In this document: positions 31,258 to 43,619 of the stretch, piece by piece | Position numbering within the stretch: the first letter of the stretch is position 1 | Layout of the letters: every line of letters starts with the position of its first letter | Assembly (NCBI GenBank): GCA_964187785.1 | Contig: OZ076411.1 | Location: 73,842,001-73,906,000, forward strand | Origin: Amphiscolops sp. MND2022 | Taxonomy: Eukaryota | Reading direction: 5' to 3' | DNA length: 64,000 bases | Notes under the pieces: model-generated | Database searches by the model: none | Seen by the model: only the letters and a program-made list of their open reading frames with translations | What the model was told of the DNA's origin: nothing | Made by a program: the position numbers and the translations under genes

Positions 31258-34200
31258 TTTTACTTGCACAATTTTTGTAGCTCAACCAAATTAAATTTTC
31301 TTTCGTCTTTCACTCACTCCTTCTCTTCAACAAATTGAATTAAAGGCAACTCAAAATGGAAGTTTTGATATCCCTTTCTCAGATATTCTAACTAAATTGT
31401 CGTACTATTAAGTTCTGGAGTTTGTAGCTCGTGATCGCCCTCTTGATTCTATTTCGAAATCAGCTGACTGTCATAGGCTTCACACTCCTAATTACATGCA
31501 CTAACTCAAGATTACATGCACTGGTGTTAGTCACCACTAATCAGAACAGAAATGTTTGTATCCCCACTATTTGGAGATTATTATTCTACACAAATTCAAA
31601 GTTAAGCTTTTTAAGTTTTTTTTACAGTTACTCACACTAAACTATGCTTTATCCAGCCACAGGCTATGTGGTCGGGATAACTAAAGGTTTTGACGCGCTA
31701 TCAGAACTTTGCAGAGATTTATTCAAGAAATCACCGCGTTTTTCTTCTGGGAGCGTACACTATGTCACTCATACTGACTTTCAATAGGAGAGAACCTGGG
31801 GTATTGCTACAACAAGGGGTGTCGGGAACTAGACTTTGGGGGTGAGTAGGTGTTAGGACACTTTCAAACAAGAGAGTTATCGTAATCTGATCGTAGCACG
31901 ATCAATGGAAACGCAGTTCTTTACAATTTCGAATGCTACTATACTCAATTTTCTGTCTCGAGACGCACCGCGTCCCTATCCACTTCTCCTAGAGAACTCC
32001 TAATCGCGTTTTAGCTCTCTCGCGTCACTTCTCAGTCTAGGCAAACGTGAATACACCTGTCAGTTCGCACTTGGGTGACCCTGGTGGCCGTTGGGAGAGA
32101 AAATACAATTTTTGTGTTTTGCACTCCTATGTCTCGTAGACAGCTTTTTGACAAACCCAAGATTTTAGGGTTGAGCTAGCTCCATTCTGATTACTTCAAT
32201 GGGACGTGCTTTGGATGTCTGGTGTAGAATTAAGGTCGCTTAGACGTTCGCTTGCAACTACACCTACGAAAAGTGTATAATTTTTCGCAAAATTTCTCAA
32301 AATCGGCAATTCTTTAGCCAAAGTGCACGCCTGTGGAAGGTGAAAATCACTTCTAGAGCTGCTAGCGACCTGAAAAATTAACACGGTATACTACTGTGAC
32401 CAAATCGTGGGAAAATCACCACCGATTGCGCCAAAATTGATTATACGTGACTTGGGGTCGCTTCAGAATGTTGTTTGAAGAATCGCCTATGTTGTGAAAT
32501 TTACAAAAGTCTGTCAAACTCGCCTTCTAGGCTTCCTAGCTACCTGAATCTTTGTATGCGAGCGTGAATTATGCCCACGTAACAGAAAAACAAAATAGCG
32601 AGGTGCCCAGGTCAATATTCCGCAATCCGAGTTGACAAAACTATGATGTACCCTATTAGTCACTTTCTGGGGCCAAAATTCACAAAAATGTCAATTTCTC
32701 CAAATTAGGCAGTAGCAAGCTGCTCAAAATGCACAAATCGTCGGGATCTAGTGCAGTGTGTACGAAAATGCAAGAATTTTAGTGCTGGGATACTCCGAAG
32801 GTATTGCACTATGCTCAACTAAAATTCGATTTTTTTAACATTTCCACACGATTTTTGAGCAAAACTGCGGCTAAGATTTCTCAATCACCAGTAGTGGTAG
32901 CACTACGAAAATTACACCACTAACGTAACTTTTTGTGGTCTACACGATGGTGCAATCCGTTTTGAGCTACTCCTACGAGGAGAGATTTCGACCTATCTTG
33001 GGGACACTACTCCAGTGTTCCGAAAATGTCGCAAAAACAACGCGTTTTCGGCTATTTCTCAGCAACTACTGGTTGGAATTACTCGCGGTTTTCTGCGTTT
33101 GCAACGTTATTCCCTATGCTAACGGAAAAAAGGCGAGCGAAACCTGGCAGGTTCCAAATAAGGTCTCTCAAAATAACTTTCATTTTGCACCTTTGACACT
33201 CTGGGAACAATGTGAAAAATACGTATTTTCCCTAGGAACTTTTTATTTCTCGGTTCCCAGATGTTCGGGATGGTTCTAACAGTACGGTAGACAGGTGTGA
33301 CAACTTTATTTAGGGGAGTGGGGTTATTTCAATTATTACTTTTGATGTTATTACTCTCAGGTCTATGGGGTCCTCTACTCAGGTCTATGTATATCAAAGA
33401 AAATCAGAAGTTAAAGTGTCAATTTATATTGGGGAATGCTAAAACTCGTCTTGGCAGTAGTGTTTCGTACTACCAAGCTTGGGAACAGCGTTTTTGGGCT
33501 GATCTTAAAGCTTGGGAACAAGTGCCCAAGGCTTCGCCCTCACCAATTTTAGTCTTTTAGGCCAAAATTGATGTTTTCTCTATAAAAATCGCTAATTTTC
33601 TCAATGTTTCAACAATTTAGCCCAGCAAATTTTTCTGTTCCTGACCTAGCAGGTCTGATGGAACGTTTTTTTTTGTATTCCCACTGGCCGTATCCTTTTC
33701 CACTAGATTTCAACTTTCAACACCTCAAAAACCGGTGTTTGAGCTATATATGGTGTTATTTTCAAGGTTTTCGCGCTCAAATTTTTAATCAACTGGTCTA
33801 AACACCCACAGGGTATTTTCCCCAGTTGATTTTCGTGGGAACAGGCCTGGGAAAATGCTTTTTGGGCCGATTATTAGCAAGAATTAGCAATATAACCCAA
33901 TTGAAGTGGGTATACGGCAACTACAGGGGTGCTGGAGGTGTGATGTCGGAGGTGCTCACACACTGTCGTCAGCTAATTGGGGCCTTCAGCACTCGTCCTC
34001 CCGGTCCCCATACATTGCTAATTTACTGAAACGGAGCTACAAAACCCTTTATAACTAGTTCCGGATAGGCCGGATTAACATTTTCAACAGGTATTATCAA
34101 AATACAAGGGGTGCACTGTCTGAAATCGTCGATTTTCGGTTTCAGACCTCGGAAATACGCAGGACACGCAGGAAAAACACTAGTACAAGGCCCACGGGGC

Positions 34201-34314
34201 TAGAATAAGGCAATAAAAACAATCTAGGACTCTCCAACAAGTTTTCCTAGATCCAGACCTAGCAGTGCCGGAAAGCAGGAAAAACTCCAATTATGGCGAA
34301 AAGATGGAAAAAAT

Positions 34315-34332
34315 GTCCCTTGTGGGGCGCCA
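34315..34332 (-). promoter_or_regulatory. tRNA-Lys-like primer-binding site, 16 nt from the LTR
   Basis: Minus strand TGGCGCCCCACAAGGGAC matches the canonical Lys3 PBS TGGCGCCCGAACAGGGAC at 15/18. The bases abutting the LTR (tctagagt...) do not begin with TGG. Confidence 0.7.
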
Positions 34333-34348
34333 TAAAAACTACTCTAGA

Positions 34349-35062
34349 TGTAACGTCAAGCAAGTAACGCACATACCAGAACTGGGACAGTACTTAGATT
34401 GCCTAGACTGGAGACCATAGTCCTATAACAAGCCTAAATACTAGTTTTTCATCCCTAAAGGTCTCCTAGGGACTTTTCCAAAACACCGTGGAGACTCCTC
34501 TTATTAGAGCTCCGTGGCGACGTGCCGGCACACTCAAAGTCCGGACACATCCCACAAGCGTGTAAAAACGTTCCTAAGGACTTCCTGTGGTCCTACATAC
34601 TTCCGAGGTCCGAAAACAGGGTTCTAGCTGAAATGCATTCTATTTCAGAAAATAACGTCTAAATACTCCATTACAAGGATCTGTCAGATCCGACATCATC
34701 AAAAATCTGTAAATCAATACTAATGACATCAGAATCAATCAAGATGGGCATTTCTGGCATGTTTCTATTGAATTCGCGATTATCTTCATCTTCTTCGCTG
34801 TGGGACATCTGGATCTCAGAACGTTTTCGTATTAAAAACGCATTTTTCTGGGGAGATGACACAAATCCGAGCATTTTTCTTGTTCTTCCACATCGTGTCA
34901 GTGTCTTTTCTTCTTTTTTGGGACTGGGTGGGGTTTTTCTGTCTTTTTTTGCTTCCTTTTTGGTTTCAACGACCTGCCAGGTCGGCCATTTTGATTCGCA
35001 CACTTTCTGGTTCTTGATCGAATTTTTCATCGAAAATTTGGTGCTGACTGGTGGACATTACA
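34349..35062 (-). repeat. 5' LTR of the giant Gypsy element
   Basis: 714 bp, 99.4% identical to 15929-16642, followed by TSD GGAT. Confidence 0.98.
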
Positions 35063-35823
35063 GGATCTTTTCTGTAAATCCCCACCAATATAATTCCTCC
35101 CAGGTTAATCGGTCAAATAAATCATTGAATCACTTGTAACAGCCAGTCAATTTGCAGTATTTTATAAATCTAACTGCAACTGAAACTCTTTGCTCATTAG
35201 AAGTTTCGTGCTTACTGTGCGGCGGATTAACAGAAAAGGTCCGAAAACCCTTGTTCTGCAATTCGACATTGATGTGCTTTGTAAAGAAAATGTCGACTTC
35301 CCAATGATTCGTGCAACGTCTGTTTTGATGCAGGCGGCAGACCGGTTTAATTTTTTTATTGCAACTTCCTTTCGGATCAGTTCTAATAGTTTATTGAACA
35401 TTATATTTTCTCCTGTTTAACAGAAACATTTCCTGCACCGATCTCTCCGTTTGTGATCCAAATCCCATTCTGATGCCAACACTTTCAGTGCTGGCCCAAA
35501 CTGTTGCAGTGTCTCCTTCTGCGCAGGTTTCCCTTGTGTGAGAACGGGGTTGCTTTCTGGGATCGAATTATCCAGCATCGAAAATAATTCGAAATTATTT
35601 AGGATCGAAATGTTATGCAATGTTATTTAGAATCGAACGATTGCGTATTGTTATCCAGAGTTGAACATAATTTGAGGGCAATGTTTGATTACGCGTCTTG
35701 AACCTAATTAGCGTCTTGACTTTAATTAGTTTTGAACTTTGAGATTGCCGCTTTTCAAACAAGTACCAGTTGCATTAGTGATGTCAATTAGCACGTTGTT
35801 CGAAATTGACACTTACTTAGTTA

Positions 35824-36583
35824 TGTAACGGCAAGCTCTGGTACAGCAATATCAACCGATTTTGCAACTTTGACATGTTCAAAAATTTTGTCAAAAATTC
35901 TAATCCCACGTGTGACGTGGCACTGAGCATGTGATTGCTCTTTTCGCTGTTTCCACGAAATTGGCAGGTACTTCGACAACAAAGAGCAAGAACGAGCAAA
36001 AACACGGGCGCGCCGCCATGACAGAAGCCAGAGACGGCAAGAACATCCGAAAATAGACTCTTTTTGAGGTGCTAACACCGGTTTTATCGATTTTCAGCAT
36101 TATGCTACCCTATGTAGCGGAAACCGTAAAAATGAGTCTTTTCGCCTAAAGATCCTTGTTTGGTGCTTGGAGCCCCTGCGCCCCAGCTTGTAGCTGTGTG
36201 GTATGCCATATTCGTGCCTGTTTTCATGTATTTTCAGTGATTTTGGCTGTATTCAGTAGCGCTAGCGCTAGTTTAGATCTTATTCCCCAATTTTAGATCT
36301 TATTCACATGTCACCCTGGAACTGGAAATTTACCTTATTCTTGGCATTGTTTTTATATGCTAGTTAAGCGGTGGTCTTTAGAGAGTCAGAAAGATGCCCG
36401 TTACTATTAGCAATCAAAGACAAGGACCGGTTGGACAGTATTCGTCGAAGCACCGCGGCCCCGGGACGTATTTCACCCCTGGATCTGTGGCGATGGGCGC
36501 CTGTCCCGAGCGATTCACCCATTTCTGCAGGTTCCTCCACCTCTGTGAACGCGTTAAGCGACCGATAACTGCTTGCCGTTACA
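35824..36583. mobile_element. Solo-LTR-like element (760 bp) with TG...CA ends
   Basis: Perfect 12-bp terminal IR tgtaacggcaag / cttgccgttaca; flanks tta|...|tta. A TIR DNA element is an alternative reading. Confidence 0.6.
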
Positions 36584-37762
36584 TTAGTTGGGCGTTACTT
36601 TCACACCTAGCATAGTAAAATTAGGACAAAAGGCGTGAACATTAATACTAACTACACAACTGCAATTTTCTCAACCTTATGTACAAGACGTTTAATTACT
36701 AGATATATATTCTACTCCAGAATAATTAGACTCGCTTTCCATTCATCAAAATTCGACTCTGAATAGTTCGATCCTGATAATTCAGTTTCGCTTTTCGATT
36801 CTGGATAATTCGATTCTAGACCGGCTACTCGTGAGAACTCTTGAAACGCTTAACAAGAATTTAGATTTTTTTCTGGAACATGGATGAGAATCTTGGCAAC
36901 GTTCTTATCAAGAGCGTCAAGAGTAAGTACAATCATGGAAGATTTTGCTTAGAGTTTCGAAAGAAAAGGTAATAGATGGGTATACAAAAAAATAGGCAAA
37001 CAAAAACAGTCTTCTGAACAGTGTACCTCATATGCAGCAGGCATTGACGCTACCAACAAAGCTACCACCTTCAGATTTCAATACTGTGTGTTGTCCAATA
37101 AACAACACTTCAAATAATGATAGTGTAGCTGGTAGTTCGAACAGAAGCAAAGTGATGAAAACAATAATATATTTTTTATTTTCTTGACACCCTGTGTAAG
37201 TCTTTCCTACAATAAGACTTTCCCTGTATAAGATTCCTACAAATACCTTCCAGAAGGTAATTTGAAGCAAGAATAAATAAAACGTTATCGAAACTATAAA
37301 GTGCAAACGGGAAAATGTAAAAGATTGCATGATCACAACAAAAGTTTGAATAAATTTTGCATTGGGTTGAATCGATAAAAAATGCGGCGATAGCTACTGA
37401 GAATGAATCCTCCCATTTCATAAAACGTCAATTCGGGCAGACTTGTCTGGCTTTGGCCAAGAAGTTCAAACTTTTTTGCCGGAAAAGTTGAATGTCCCAG
37501 TTTGGAACTTCTGTCTGGATCTTTCAGGGTGCTCTTGAATAACAAGACACGAACATTGGCAACGAGAGTTTATTTCAAACGCTGTGGGTAATAAAAGTTT
37601 TTCGGAAGAGAAATTGGCAAATTTCGATGCTCGAGCTCCAATTGCTCATTTAGGAGAGATCATGCCAAAGCAATCCATAGTCGAACTGCATACATATTCT
37701 GCTTGGATTTCATTTCCAAGACCTTGAAAGACAATGCATTATTTTTGCAGGTATGAAAGAAA

Positions 37763-37888
37763 ATGTCTGATCGTTCAAGAACGTCTTGGAAGTAAGAAAA
37801 TGCCCGATCTTGAAAGTAACTCGGAAAAAATGTCTGATCTTCAAAGTAACTTGGAAGAAAAGGCTGAATCGCAAGTAACTTAGAAGAC
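37763..37888 (+). repeat. Degenerate 30-bp tandem repeat (about 4 units)
   Basis: atgcccgatcttgaaagtaactcggaaaaa / atgtctgatcttcaaagtaacttggaagaa and so on; reads MPDLESNSEK-MSDLQSNLEE. Confidence 0.6.
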
Positions 37889-38103
37889 ATATGTTTACCA
37901 ACGAGATTTGCCAACGTAGTAGCTGTATCAAGTGTTGGAAATAGAAATGTGAATAGTTCAGCAAGTTTTTTTTCGTTGAAAAGATTTTTAAGATTTTTTT
38001 AAGATTGAAAAATAGGATAGTGCTTCTGCGATTCGCGTTATATACTCGGTTCAACTTTTGTTCAACTTTTACCCTCAGTAAGCATGCAAATTAAAAGACT
38101 CCT

Positions 38104-38806
38104 TATAACGTCAAGCGCTAAGCGATTAAATCGTAACAATAGAATGGAGGAACTGGTACCATGGATATAGTCCGGGGCAAACGACCATGATATCAGCTCA
38201 CTTTGTCCTCCTAAGGATAGCCGGTCCCGAGGAGGGGGAACCGTCTCTAGAGATGCTCTGTGGCCTGATACCAGTCTGTAACTGCTAAGAATCACAAGAA
38301 TTGTGCTTTCTTCTCACAACCACCGTGTAAATAGCGCATAAAAACAACAAGGTAGTGTAGAACTGAATTTTACCAACAGGAATCTGGGTAAATGCACAAT
38401 GTAGGGGTAGCCCTCGAGCTAATAATTAATCAAACAAATATATCAATTACGACAATGAAGTTCAGTTCGGTGAAATTAATGGGTGTTCGGGCTGCATGGC
38501 ACCAGCGCTCGAGCTGGACCCAACCCTCGATCTTCCAGCTGTCATGCTGATTTCCGGGCTAATCCTGCAAAACCATGATTTGAGCAGGCAAACACCGTGG
38601 ATACAGCTAGTTCACTGTCTTTTTGACTCCTTTCGTGCCTGTCACGCTCTTTAGTTATCGCTCTTTCTCGCGGGGCGCTTCTATGTCTATTTCTTTACGC
38701 TTTTTGCTGACAGATACTTTGCCAAACCATGTTTGAGTGCCACGTCAGTTTTGAACGAATTTTTCAACATCAGCCAAAATTTCGTTGATCATTGGTTGCC
38801 GTTACA
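38104..38806. mobile_element. Diverged relative of the 35824-36583 element in opposite orientation
   Basis: Ends tataacgtcaag...ttgccgttaca. Reverse complement shares tgtaacggcaa, atcaac.a..tt, tgacgtggcact, gtcc(c)ggggc and ccggtcc blocks. Confidence 0.5.
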
Positions 38807-41724
38807 TCACCTAAATTCTCTCGTCTCAGTACTTTTTTTGTATAAAAATTGCTTGTTTTCAAAAATTGTTCGTGACGTGAAACTAGGTTTTTGAAAGATT
38901 TTTGACACTTAATTGAACGCATGGATTTTACAGCTTTTGATGAAAGCGAAAGTTTCTAGTCTCTTTTATGAATGCAGTAATTTTCAAAGAAAATAAGTCG
39001 TTTTCACTTTTTTTCACCTTTCAGATGGAAATGCACATAAATTACCTTCGCTTGATTGAGTGACGGGGGAAAATACGATTTAAAAGCGATCTGTCAGTAC
39101 CAATGACAGCTTACAGTCTGCTATTACTGTAGTTATAACTGGATAAAACTGTAGGCTTAATAGTAGATGCTAATCATCAGTTTAGTAAAGAAAACCAATT
39201 TAATAAGCAAGTGCTGAAATTATTACGTCATCTACTTGCAGAATAGATGCAAACATTTTTGCCAGTGCAAACCAATCGACGATACTTTTTTGATACTCGA
39301 TGTCGCAATATTACAGTTCATTTACCGGCGGTTTCGACATATCTGCATGTCTGATGAAAATAGCAAACAACAAACTGAAGAAACTTGCAGGTAAGATATG
39401 TTTTCGTTTACATTGACAAATTTCCAGAATCGGTTCTTTTAACTGAACTAATACACACTAAAACAACATTTTTGCTAAAAGTACACAGTTTCAAGAAGTT
39501 TTGTTTTCGATAGAACATTTTTCGTAAAAATTTCGTTTTTTTGTAGAAATACAATGGATAGGTCCCGTAAGACTTACGAAGGACACGACTTTGACACGGG
39601 GAAAGCGTAACAAATTCATACAGTCTATGATCTAGAGACACTATGCACTGTTATATTCTAAGGCTAAAAACTAAGAAAAAAGATTTAGTACTAAGAATAG
39701 ACTTTTCTATTCAACCTTATAATGTAAAGTTCATCTCAACTATGTAGACTCTAACTTTAACGTAGTATAACAGTGTTTGTCAACAAAATTCTAATAAGTT
39801 TAGGTTCCGAAGCTCCGTAAAGGTCAAATTGGTCGAGCCGTACAGGAAAAAAGGAAAATTTTTTTTGAGAGGATATACAATAGTATAAGTTAACAGGAGT
39901 TTATTTAACTTACAAATATTTCATCCAATCAGGACAGAAGATGAGCTTAAGCAGCTCTTCAAGTTTCTGCCCCACATCAAAAGCTGAAAGTTTGAGGGAG
40001 AAAAGTTCAAAATATTTCTACAATGTTATCACTCAGTTCAATTGGAAAACGTATGGTACAGTCATAAAAGCGTATCGAAGATCGATATGGCACAATGCCT
40101 GAAACGAAGTCTTTTATGGAGTTTGTCCTCCATTGCACACTCCGGTCTATAACTGCCACTACATTTAACCAGCAAAAAGCTCACAGATCTAACTAACTAA
40201 CAGTTTCATTACACTGTGAAATCGGTCGGTCGAAAGGAATCTTGTTAGCTGAAGGTACATTGTACATGGGTTCTAGAGAAAACAATCTACCTATGTACCA
40301 AATGTTCCAAACATGATGGTAAACTAAGAAAATATATCAAAATTCTCACTGATGAGGTACAGATAAATACATTCTTGTAAAAGTGATACTGCAACGTTCG
40401 GAGCATCGGAAAACGTTATAACGGGGGTCTCCATAATAATCGTGCGGATATAATCGATAATAATCGTGCAATATCGCCTGGATGGCCAGCAGTTTATTGC
40501 ATATCACTTTTATACAACTACATTGTAATTAATTGGCCAACGTTCAATCAATTGATTGTAATTGTAAAAAACCAAAAATCAATAAATTAATTGCAGTTAA
40601 TTAGCAATTTAATTGGTCTAATTAATTTTTGATAACCCCTGCCCTGTCGCTATTAAATTCGAAATTTTTTCTCACTTCGTTATCGACACAATCACGTTGT
40701 TATCAGAATTTAATTTATCTACTTCTTGTCTGATCTAATCACCGCTTCTCAATTAGCACACCGAAAATGACGCTACACTTTAAAAAGAGATTTGATGCAT
40801 AATGAAACCTGCGAAACATCACGGCCAACAATTGCCGCCAAAAAAGTGGTAAATAGTTCTAACAGTTTGATCAATGTCGGTGTCACAGTCCGCGCCCGGA
40901 CTGGCTTGCGGCTGCGCGTGAGTGGGAATTGGGAGAGGCCACGGGTGCAACTCAAGGTTCACAAAATGGGTTTTCAACTCTTAAACAAAATCTCTAAACA
41001 AATAAATAAACTGTGACTTAATATCAAAACATATGCCTATTTCCAAACTGATCTAAAAAGGAGAAAGAATACCAAAATTGAACGGATCTAATATGGAATT
41101 GAACACCAGAAATGAACAGAATGAATAAATTTCACACATTTCCATCAAGACATTTAAGCTACGTCAATTTATGGACATTCTCAACTTGAAATTCGGATTA
41201 AAACTAATCTTTATATTAAAACCATAAACTAATCTACGTAGAAATTACGGATATAATTATTTCTAAATTAAGAGCATATACGGATCTAAAACAGAAAATA
41301 AATTTCAGGCGCACATCAGACGAATTACGCCTTTCTGAGAAAAGGCAGCCTAATTGCTCTTTGGAAAGCAATTAATGCGAAATTAGACGAATACATGTCG
41401 TTGACCAAACGATTTCCAAAAACATTGTTTGTTCTTGAGAAAAGAACTGTTTTTTGATACAAGTAACACAAAGAATGATACAAAAGTTTGCAGTGAAGTA
41501 GTCATCAATTATTTGGCACCAAAACAAAGAAGAGATATTTTACGGGTTGTTCATACTTTTAATGAAAGCAGAAATCTTGAAAAAAAATAGAAGATATACA
41601 TGTTATGGCTTTTAGCTCAAGAAAAAATACTTGATACTCCCCTTTTCATGAGCTGTAAATAGGAATACACGTCTAACGAATAAAGTTACTAGTGTCTCTG
41701 GGTTGATATATCACCAGCTACTTC

Positions 41725-43110
41725 CTAGCTGAACCTCTGAAACTTGACCCTCCCTAAGGCTTTGGTGGAAACGTCCGCTGTGATATTTGCAGTTGAACAG
41801 AACCTAACTTCTAAAACCTTCTCGTCTATTTCCTCTTGCAAGAAATATAGCTTGATGGCGAATTGTTTCAGTTTTTGGAAATTGACAGCGTTTTTAGTCA
41901 TGGCTATACAAGCCTGATTGTCAACGAAGACAGAACTTGGTAATGATTTGCTCAAACCAAACTCTGCACCTAACTCTCTCAGAAAAATCAATTCTTGTGT
42001 TGCTGCAAAAAGTGCAGCAGCTTCAGCTTCGGCAGTAGACGTTGCTACTGTTGATTGCAGCTTTGACTTCCAAATAATAGCACCTGAAGTCTCGTTTAGA
42101 AAAAAACAGTAGCCATTAGTTGATTTTCTTGAATCTATTTTACCTGCACAGTCAGCATCGCTATAGCCTACAAATCTCATTTTGTCCGCTTTCTCGCAAT
42201 ACAACTTCCTATTCTCCGTAGCCTTCAATTGTCGCAAAACGTGCTTGGCTTGATTCCAGTGCAGCTTTCCAGGGTTTTGGACAAACCTACTCAGAGATCT
42301 TACGACAAAAGTTATGTCAGGCCTTGAAGTGTTTGCTAAGTAGTTGAGACTACCAATTAAACCTCTGTAGTTACAACACTTCATTTCTTTTTCTTCTTTA
42401 CTGCCCTTTGAAGGACAATCAACATTGCTGATAGGGATTTTTTCTAAAGTTGACGTTAAAACGGTTTTCGCGTCACGCATGCCAAAATTTTCTAGATTTC
42501 GATTTTGTTAGCATCTCTTCTGATTTGCACACCTAAAAACCAATTGAGATGACTAACTTCGCTCACCAAAATTGTTTTCCGAAGCGCTACTTCGAATTTC
42601 TCGTAAAACTTTTCATTTCTGCTGCAGTAAACCAGATCGTCAACCCAGCATGTAACGTAATCAGTGACACCCTTACGATGTCTCAAAAAAAGGTAAGGGT
42701 CACTATTGCTGAATCGAATGCTAATCTAAAAATTTCTTGAGGTAAAGGACCAATTTCGTCCCGACTGTTTTAGTACGTACAACGATTTTTACAAGTTGCA
42801 AACCAAATTCTCGCTGTCTCTCAACACTTCGAAGCCTAACGGCGGTTGTTGAACAATGATTTTTTTGTGTCTCTCTGCGATGAGATAAGCTGTCTTCACA
42901 TCTAATTGTTTCAACTTCATGTTTTGCTGTAACGCACAACTCAGTTAAAATCTAAGAGTCACCATTTTTACTGTGGGTCTATATATTTCTTCCAAGTCTA
43001 CGCCTCGTTTTTGATTGAAGCCTCTGGCGACATATCTTGCGTTATACTTTATACCTTTGCCGTTTCCATCTCGTTTCAACGTGAAAGGCCATTTTCCGCA
43101 AACTCAATTT
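41725..43110 (-). pseudogene. pol: Copia RT and RNase H remnants
   Basis: ARYVARGFNQ; CWVDDLVY; YRGLIGSLNYLANTSRPDI; GYSDAD..SRKSTNGY..WKSKLQSTVATSTAEAE; VDNQA; ADVSTKAL. Confidence 0.93.
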
Positions 43111-43619
43111 CTGTTTTAGGAAATTTGGTTAACTCCGAAACTTTATTTTTCTCAAGGGCATGAAACTCGACGTTCATAGCTTGATACCATTCTGGAAAGG
43201 ATAAAGCTTCTTCAACAGTTTTTGGTACTTCGAGATTTACGGAACTTGTGTGAAACTATAGTTAATTTTCGAGTTCAGACGAAAATTTTTGACTAGCGGT
43301 CTCACTAGTACCTGATTCGTATCTCTCAGGTGTTCTAACTTGCCTTCCGTATCTGGTTCTAACCTCATTTTCTGCTGATTCTGTCAACGGACTTCCAACA
43401 TTTTTCCTTTCAGCTATCTCACTCCCCTTTTAGTCTATCTCGAAAATTTTGTGTTCGTCGTTCGTAAATCTTCCCCTGTGGAACTTGTCCGAGCCTGGAC
43501 AACCTCTCTAGTTGAATTTTATATTTCGGGTTTGCAATGTCTCCAAAAATCCTTCTTCTCAAAATTACCAATCAGGCGGGTTTTTGATTTGCTACTATAA
43601 CCTAGCAAAATTCTTTCTT

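Larger units (their letters stand above)
15929..35062 (-). mobile_element. Full-length giant Ty3/Gypsy LTR retrotransposon (19,134 bp)
   Basis: Two 714-bp TG...CA LTRs; 4-bp TSD GGAT (15925-15928 and 35063-35066); PPT, PBS-like site, and gag-PR-RT-RH-IN domain order. Confidence 0.98.

Noticed and set aside
36113-36583. Shorter solo LTR starting tgtagcgg at 36113
   Set aside because: The perfect 12-bp IR with 35824 and the homology to 38104-38806 support the longer boundary.
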